In this document: positions 6,767 to 10,271 of the stretch, piece by piece
Position numbering within the stretch: position 1 is the stretch's first letter
Layout of the letters: each line of letters begins with the position of its first letter
IMG/VR virus record: IMGVR_UViG_2917855067_000001
Span: 1 to 10,271 of that record
Origin: a virus
Taxonomy: Duplodnaviria > Heunggongvirae > Uroviricota > Caudoviricetes
Direction: 5' to 3' (one strand)
DNA: 10,271 nucleotides
Notes under the pieces: generated by a model
What the model was told of the DNA's origin: nothing
Databases searched by the model: none
What the model saw: only the letters and a program-made list of their open reading frames with translations
Program-made: the position numbers and the translations under genes

Positions 6767-6768
6767 GG

Positions 6769-6798
6769 TTGACGATAACTAATATCTGGCGCTATATT
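6769..6798 (+). promoter_or_regulatory. Sigma70-like promoter candidate just after ninB
   Basis: TTGACG (6769..6774), 18-bp spacer, TATATT (6793..6798). Motif match only. Confidence 0.3.
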
Positions 6799-6861
6799 CT
6801 GTGCGTTGCCGCAAAATCGGCACACGGGATTGGCGTCCCGGATAAGGTAATCGCGACTACT

Positions 6862-6887
6862 ACACGCCGCGAGCGTGTTTTTTATTG
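6862..6887 (+). terminator. Rho-independent terminator candidate
   Basis: Hairpin ACACGC-cgcga-GCGTGT (6862..6878) followed by TTTTTTATTG. Confidence 0.55.
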
Positions 6888-6923
6888 TCGTAAGCATACG
6901 CACATCTGAATTATGGTGGGGCG

Positions 6924-7017
6924 TGTAGGGCCGACTTCGGTCGGGCCGGTTGATTACCCCGGTTACGCCAACCCTACATGTCTCACCACCAAACTGATTG
7001 GCGTCAGCGGTGGTGGT
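6924..7017. repeat. Cluster of GC-rich palindromes (structured element upstream of the Bro-N gene)
   Basis: TGTAGGG (6924..6930) pairs with CCCTACA (6972..6978). Inside: a hairpin GGCC-GAC-ttcg-GTC-g-GGCC with a UUCG-type loop (6929..6947), then GGTTG...CAACC (6948..6973), then CCACCACC-loop-GGTGGTGG (about 6984..7016). Nature unknown. Confidence 0.35.
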
Positions 7018-7041
7018 TAACTTGATTTATAGGTAATCATC

Positions 7042-7647
7042 ATGAGCACACAACTAGTCTTTCATCAAACAAAATTCCATCCTGTTAAACACAACAACAG
7101 TATCTGGCTTACTGCCGTTGAGATTGCTCAAGCTCTCGGATATAAAAAATCTGATGCCGTAACTCAGATCTACGATCGAAATTCCGATGAATTTAGGGCA
7201 GATATGACTGAGACCCTCAATTTGAGTGTCTCAGGGAACTACCAGAAAACAATACGCATTTTCTCCCTCCGTGGTGCCCATTTGATCGCTATGTTCGCCC
7301 GCACTCCTGTAGCCAAAGAATTCCGCCGCTGGGTTCTGGATATTCTCGATCGAGAAGTTCAACAATCCCCAATCACAAAACAATTCACTGATAACGAACT
7401 TTGCACACTCGCCTGGTTATGGCGAGCAGGGGATGTGATGTTAACCGCCTGCCAGAATGTTACTCCACTTCTTCAGGTTGCGGAGCATCGCGAAGCCGGT
7501 CGCTTTACTTCTATTGAGCAAGAATATCCCCAGATACTACATAAGGCGCGCGAAATCCTTGCCAGAGAAACGGCACATGTAAGATTCCAGCCGTGGCAGG
7601 ATGATAAGTGGAGCCGAGTATTGCCGCATTTGCGTTCTGAGCAGTAG
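7042..7647 (+). CDS. Bro-N domain protein (antirepressor / Roi-like family)
   Basis: 201-aa ORF. The N-terminal ~105 aa carry Bro-N-like motifs (..SIWLTAVEIAQALGY.. and ..IRIFSLRGAHLIAMFARTPVAKEFRRWVLDIL..). The C-terminal half is unassigned. Confidence 0.7.
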   Translation: MSTQLVFHQTKFHPVKHNNSIWLTAVEIAQALGYKKSDAVTQIYDRNSDEFRADMTETLNLSVSGNYQKTIRIFSLRGAHLIAMFARTPVAKEFRRWVLDILDREVQQSPITKQFTDNELCTLAWLWRAGDVMLTACQNVTPLLQVAEHREAGRFTSIEQEYPQILHKAREILARETAHVRFQPWQDDKWSRVLPHLRSEQ

Positions 7648-7828
7648 CAATAAAGTTTCCGGTGAGAAATGTCACCAGCATTTTGTTATGAAACGGGTAT
7701 TGGCGGTATATGGGGGCGGGGCTTTAGTTATTAGGTGTCGAGAATTAATTGTTTGTAGCAATATAAAAAGGAGCGCTTAAGTCCGTTTATTTTTTTTAAG
7801 CTTCATATACATAGTGGATAAAAATGAG

Positions 7829-7853
7829 AACCACCCGCTGAACGGGTGGTTTT
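7829..7853. terminator. Terminator hairpin between convergent genes (possibly bidirectional)
   Basis: AACCACCCG-ctgaa-CGGGTGGTT followed by TTTT on the plus strand; the complement is followed by a T-rich tract on the minus strand. It lies between the Bro-N gene end (7647) and the orphan gene end (7928). Confidence 0.6.
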
Positions 7854-7927
7854 GCGCAAGTTAAATTTTATAATTTCAGTGAATCTTTACGCTGTAATAA
7901 TGCAAATGATAGTTGAAAAAAACACAA

Positions 7928-8605
7928 TCAGTCGATGGATTCTCCGTAGGATGCAACTGCCTGAGCGACGCAAAAACGATCAATACACTCTATTTCTCCA
8001 TAATCACGCAGGCAATAATAAGTATTATTGTCTTTATCAAAAGCGTAAATGCTACAAATACCCTCAAGCTCACAACTTGCGTCCCATCCACTATTAGATA
8101 ACGTGCCCCATTCCTGGTAAAGCCCTGCGTTAACTTCTCGATTGATAATATGCGGTCCACTATAGTTATCATAATCGTAACTATAGATGTCACGTGCCTC
8201 AGGAAAATTCCCGTTCATGTTTTCAATCCACGGTAAAATATCTTTAACTGAGTTATAAAGTTCAATGCTGTATTTGAAAAAACGCTTCACAATAAAAACA
8301 TAGATGCCGGCAGATTTGTTTGTTGATTTATCAGTGGCGAAAATGACAAAAATCTTCCCAACGCACTTTTCATCTACGCCCGGAAAAGTTACTGTGCCAT
8401 CCTGGCTAACCGCCAGAACATTATTGTCTGCATTAGTGCTACAGGTCCATTTTACCTTGTCATTATTAATAGGGTCATTATCAATGACCATCTTGAAGGT
8501 TGCTCCTGGGAACAAACTGTTAGGGAAACAGTAACCACTCTCCATATCATTTTTAATATCATAGATATGGCTATCAACTAACACGCCTGTAATTTTGCTC
8601 ATCAT
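7928..8605 (-). CDS. Orphan AT-rich hypothetical protein (moron candidate), opposite strand to the phage early operon
   Basis: Long open frame on the minus strand within visibly AT-rich DNA, where long chance ORFs are unlikely. Probable start is ATG-ATG at 8605/8602 with AGAGAG upstream, giving MMSKITGVLVDSHIYDIKNDMESGYCFPNSLFPG... of about 225 aa (the track's TTG start at 8650 is less likely). Cys- and Asp/Asn/Tyr-rich C-terminal part, no obvious signal peptide. No family recognised. Confidence 0.6.
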   Translation of the reverse strand: MMSKITGVLVDSHIYDIKNDMESGYCFPNSLFPGATFKMVIDNDPINNDKVKWTCSTNADNNVLAVSQDGTVTFPGVDEKCVGKIFVIFATDKSTNKSAGIYVFIVKRFFKYSIELYNSVKDILPWIENMNGNFPEARDIYSYDYDNYSGPHIINREVNAGLYQEWGTLSNSGWDASCELEGICSIYAFDKDNNTYYCLRDYGEIECIDRFCVAQAVASYGESID

Positions 8606-9018
8606 TGAACTCTCTTTGTTTGTTAAATAAAAAGTTTTATTCCTGAACAACGGAACACGCTGATATTAATGCAGCCAATGAATTGTTGTTGTTATTTGGA
8701 GGTTATATAGTGGTATGAATGTTATTATGCGATGTCTCTGAGTGATGGGGTAAGGATTATATGATTCGCTTTTGAGATTTACCTATGTCAGGCGTTGCTG
8801 TTCATGTTCGTCCCCGTTGTCAGTCTTCTTAGTCTGAGCTAATGTCATCATCAATGGGTTATCAGTTTTCTCTGAAGTTATATAATTAATTGAGCGCCAT
8901 AGCACCATGGGGCATTGTTGAATTTCATCTTCAATTGATTTTCCATAATCAACTCGCCATAATCATGTCATCGGAGCCTGAACACCTCCGGTGACTTCTG
9001 CGCTAAACGGGGACGTTT

Positions 9019-9120
9019 ATGCGCACACACAATCTAAACTCTCTTCTCCCTTCACAGATGCAGAAATGCACCTGCGATTTTTTGCATCCAACGTTTGACC
9101 TCTGCGGAGGTGAAGCGTGA
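9019..9120 (+). CDS. ylcH: Small ORF, ylcH-like (33 aa)
   Basis: ATG 9019 to TGA 9118..9120 gives [33 protein letters not shown]. Its stop overlaps the ybcN GTG start, the position ylcH holds upstream of ybcN in DLP12. Sequence match to ylcH is not verified. Confidence 0.35.
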   Translation: MRTHNLNSLLPSQMQKCTCDFLHPTFDLCGGEA

Positions 9121-9572
9121 ACCTCCCACAAGACGGCATCAAATTACATCGCGGCAACTTCACCGCTATCGGTCAGCAGATCCAGCCTTATCTGGAGGAT
9201 GGCAAATGCTTTCGCATGGTGCTTAAACCGTGGCGCGAGAGACGCAGTCTTTCCCAGAATGCACTCAGCCACATGTGGTACAGCGAAATCAGTGAGTACC
9301 TCATCAGCAGGGGTAAAACGTTCGCTACTGCAGTATGGGTAAAAGATGCACTCAAACACACATACCTCGGTTATGAAACCAAGGACCTGGTTGATGTCGT
9401 AACCGGCGAAATCACTACGATCCAGTCGTTACGCCATACCTCCGATCTTGATACCGGAGAGATGTATGTCTTCCTGTGTAAGGTTGAAGCCTGGGCGATG
9501 AATATTGGCTGCCACCTGACTATTCCGCAGAGCTGCGAGTTCCAGCTGCTGCGCGACAAGCAGGAGGCGTAA
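9117..9572 (+). CDS. ybcN: YbcN-like protein (DLP12-type; Orf/NinB-family, reported base-flipping protein)
   Basis: 151-aa ORF from GTG 9117 with GGAGG 6 nt upstream: [67 protein letters not shown]..., matching recalled E. coli YbcN. Confidence 0.85.
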   Translation: MNLPQDGIKLHRGNFTAIGQQIQPYLEDGKCFRMVLKPWRERRSLSQNALSHMWYSEISEYLISRGKTFATAVWVKDALKHTYLGYETKDLVDVVTGEITTIQSLRHTSDLDTGEMYVFLCKVEAWAMNIGCHLTIPQSCEFQLLRDKQEA

Positions 9573-9742
9573 TGGCTACACCGCTTATTCGTGTCATGAG
9601 CGGACACATCTACAGAGTACCAAATCGTCGTAAGCGTAAGCCTGAGCTGAAACCATCCGAAATACCAACACTGCTCGGATATACCGCCAGCCTGGTTGAT
9701 AAAAAATGGTTGCGACTGGCAGCAAGGAGGAATCATGGCTGA
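9572..9742 (+). CDS. ninE: NinE
   Basis: 56-aa [59 protein letters not shown]. Its start overlaps the ybcN stop (TAATG). Matches recalled NinE. Confidence 0.85.
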   Translation: MATPLIRVMSGHIYRVPNRRKRKPELKPSEIPTLLGYTASLVDKKWLRLAARRNHG

Positions 9743-10025
9743 TTTGAGAAAAGCAGCGCGTGGTCGGGAATGCCAGGTAAGAATCCCTGGCGTATGTAAT
9801 GGCAATCCTGAAACGTCTGTACTGGCACATATCCGGCTGGCTGGATTGTGCGGTACCGGTATCAAACCGCCAGACCTGATTGCCACCATTGCATGTTCTG
9901 CCTGTCACGACGAAATCGACCGCCGCACACATTTTGTCGATGCTGAGTATGCAAAAGAATGCGCGCTGGAAGATATGGCGAGAACGCAGGTTATCTGGCT
10001 GAAAGAGGGGGTAATCAAGGCGTGA
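9735..10025 (+). CDS. ybcO: YbcO-like protein (DUF1364; putative nuclease, Cys-rich)
   Basis: ATG 9735 with AGGAGG upstream, inside the 9696..10025 track ORF. 96-aa product [64 protein letters not shown]... matches recalled YbcO. Confidence 0.85.
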   Translation: MADLRKAARGRECQVRIPGVCNGNPETSVLAHIRLAGLCGTGIKPPDLIATIACSACHDEIDRRTHFVDAEYAKECALEDMARTQVIWLKEGVIKA

Positions 10026-10258
10026 ATACTTACTACATCACACTACCCTGGCCGCCGAGCAATAACCGCTACTACCGCCATAATCGCGGGCGCACGCACA
10101 TCAGCGCAGAGGGGCAGGTATACCGCGATAACGTCGCCCGAATCATCAAAGGCTCCATGCTGGATATCGGTCTGGCTATGCCAGTGAAATCCGTATTGAC
10201 GTGCCACATGCCGGATCGCCGTCGCCGTGACCTGGATAATCTGCAAAAGCAGCTTTGA
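10022..10258 (+). CDS. rusA: RusA-like Holliday junction resolvase, frame ends prematurely relative to canonical RusA
   Basis: GTG 10022 overlaps the ybcO stop (GTGA). Product [76 protein letters not shown] matches recalled RusA up to ..DNLQK, then reads QL-stop. RusA-like sequence (DALNQ) continues in another frame to the window end. Confidence 0.7.
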   Translation: MNTYYITLPWPPSNNRYYRHNRGRTHISAEGQVYRDNVARIIKGSMLDIGLAMPVKSVLTCHMPDRRRRDLDNLQKQL

Positions 10259-10271
10259 CGCACTCAACCAA

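Noticed and set aside
6700-6909. 69-aa plus-strand ORF spanning the ninB 3' end and the downstream hairpin/terminator region
   Set aside because: It overlaps ninB in another frame and runs through the promoter-like motif and terminator hairpin. Coding is unlikely, though not excluded.
6924-7017. tRNA gene
   Set aside because: The hairpins do not form a cloverleaf with a 7-bp acceptor stem, T-loop (GTTC-type) and anticodon arm in the expected geometry. The UUCG-loop hairpin is not in a T-arm context.
7846-8534. Plus-strand ORFs 7846..8097, 7913..8101, 8304..8534 and minus-strand ORF 7990..8193 within the orphan gene region
   Set aside because: They are short and low-complexity, overlap the much longer minus-strand frame, and some run through the terminator hairpin.
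8783-8908. 41-aa minus-strand micro-ORF in the non-coding region upstream of the orphan gene
   Set aside because: No Shine-Dalgarno sequence, a low-complexity hydrophilic product, and no basis to distinguish it from chance.
8606-9018. CRISPR array, type III toxin-antitoxin repeat array or retron msr/msd
   Set aside because: No regularly spaced direct repeats of constant length were seen, and no adjacent reverse transcriptase or ToxN-like gene. Only short scattered AT-rich motifs.
9144-10267. Minus-strand ORFs (9144..9359, 9371..9889, 9594..9932, 10043..10267, 10072..10263) antisense to ybcN/ninE/ybcO/rusA
   Set aside because: They lie antisense to four tightly coupled, well-supported nin genes and are typical GC-rich shadow ORFs.

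Overview
This window reads as the early (immunity, replication, nin) region of a mosaic lambdoid prophage from an enterobacterium, probably E. coli, with an IS3-family insertion sequence at the left edge. All identifications are from reading the sequence and recalling protein families; no database search or computation was run. Left to right: a partial IS3-family element (orfA, apparently frameshifted) that cuts into a kil-like gene; a leftward pL operon (cIII-like, ea10-like, ral, an orf28-like acidic peptide, an unrecognised 88-aa ORF in the slot where lambda has sieB, and an N-like antiterminator) with nutL and a P22-type OL/pL; a P22-type immunity core (c2 repressor, cro, c1/cII-like) with OR/pR and nutR; an O-like initiator containing iteron-type repeats; a DnaB-family helicase; a NinB/Orf-family gene; then an island of structured non-coding DNA, a Bro-N-domain gene and a convergent AT-rich orphan gene on the opposite strand; and finally ylcH-ybcN-ninE-ybcO-rusA as in the DLP12-type nin region. 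The best candidate for something undescribed is the AT-rich orphan gene at 7928..8605 with its roughly 370-bp non-coding upstream region. Secondary candidates are the 88-aa ORF downstream of N and a promoter-hairpin-terminator unit after ninB that could be a small RNA. Two apparent homopolymer frame disruptions (IS orfA, rusA) may be real decay or sequencing error.
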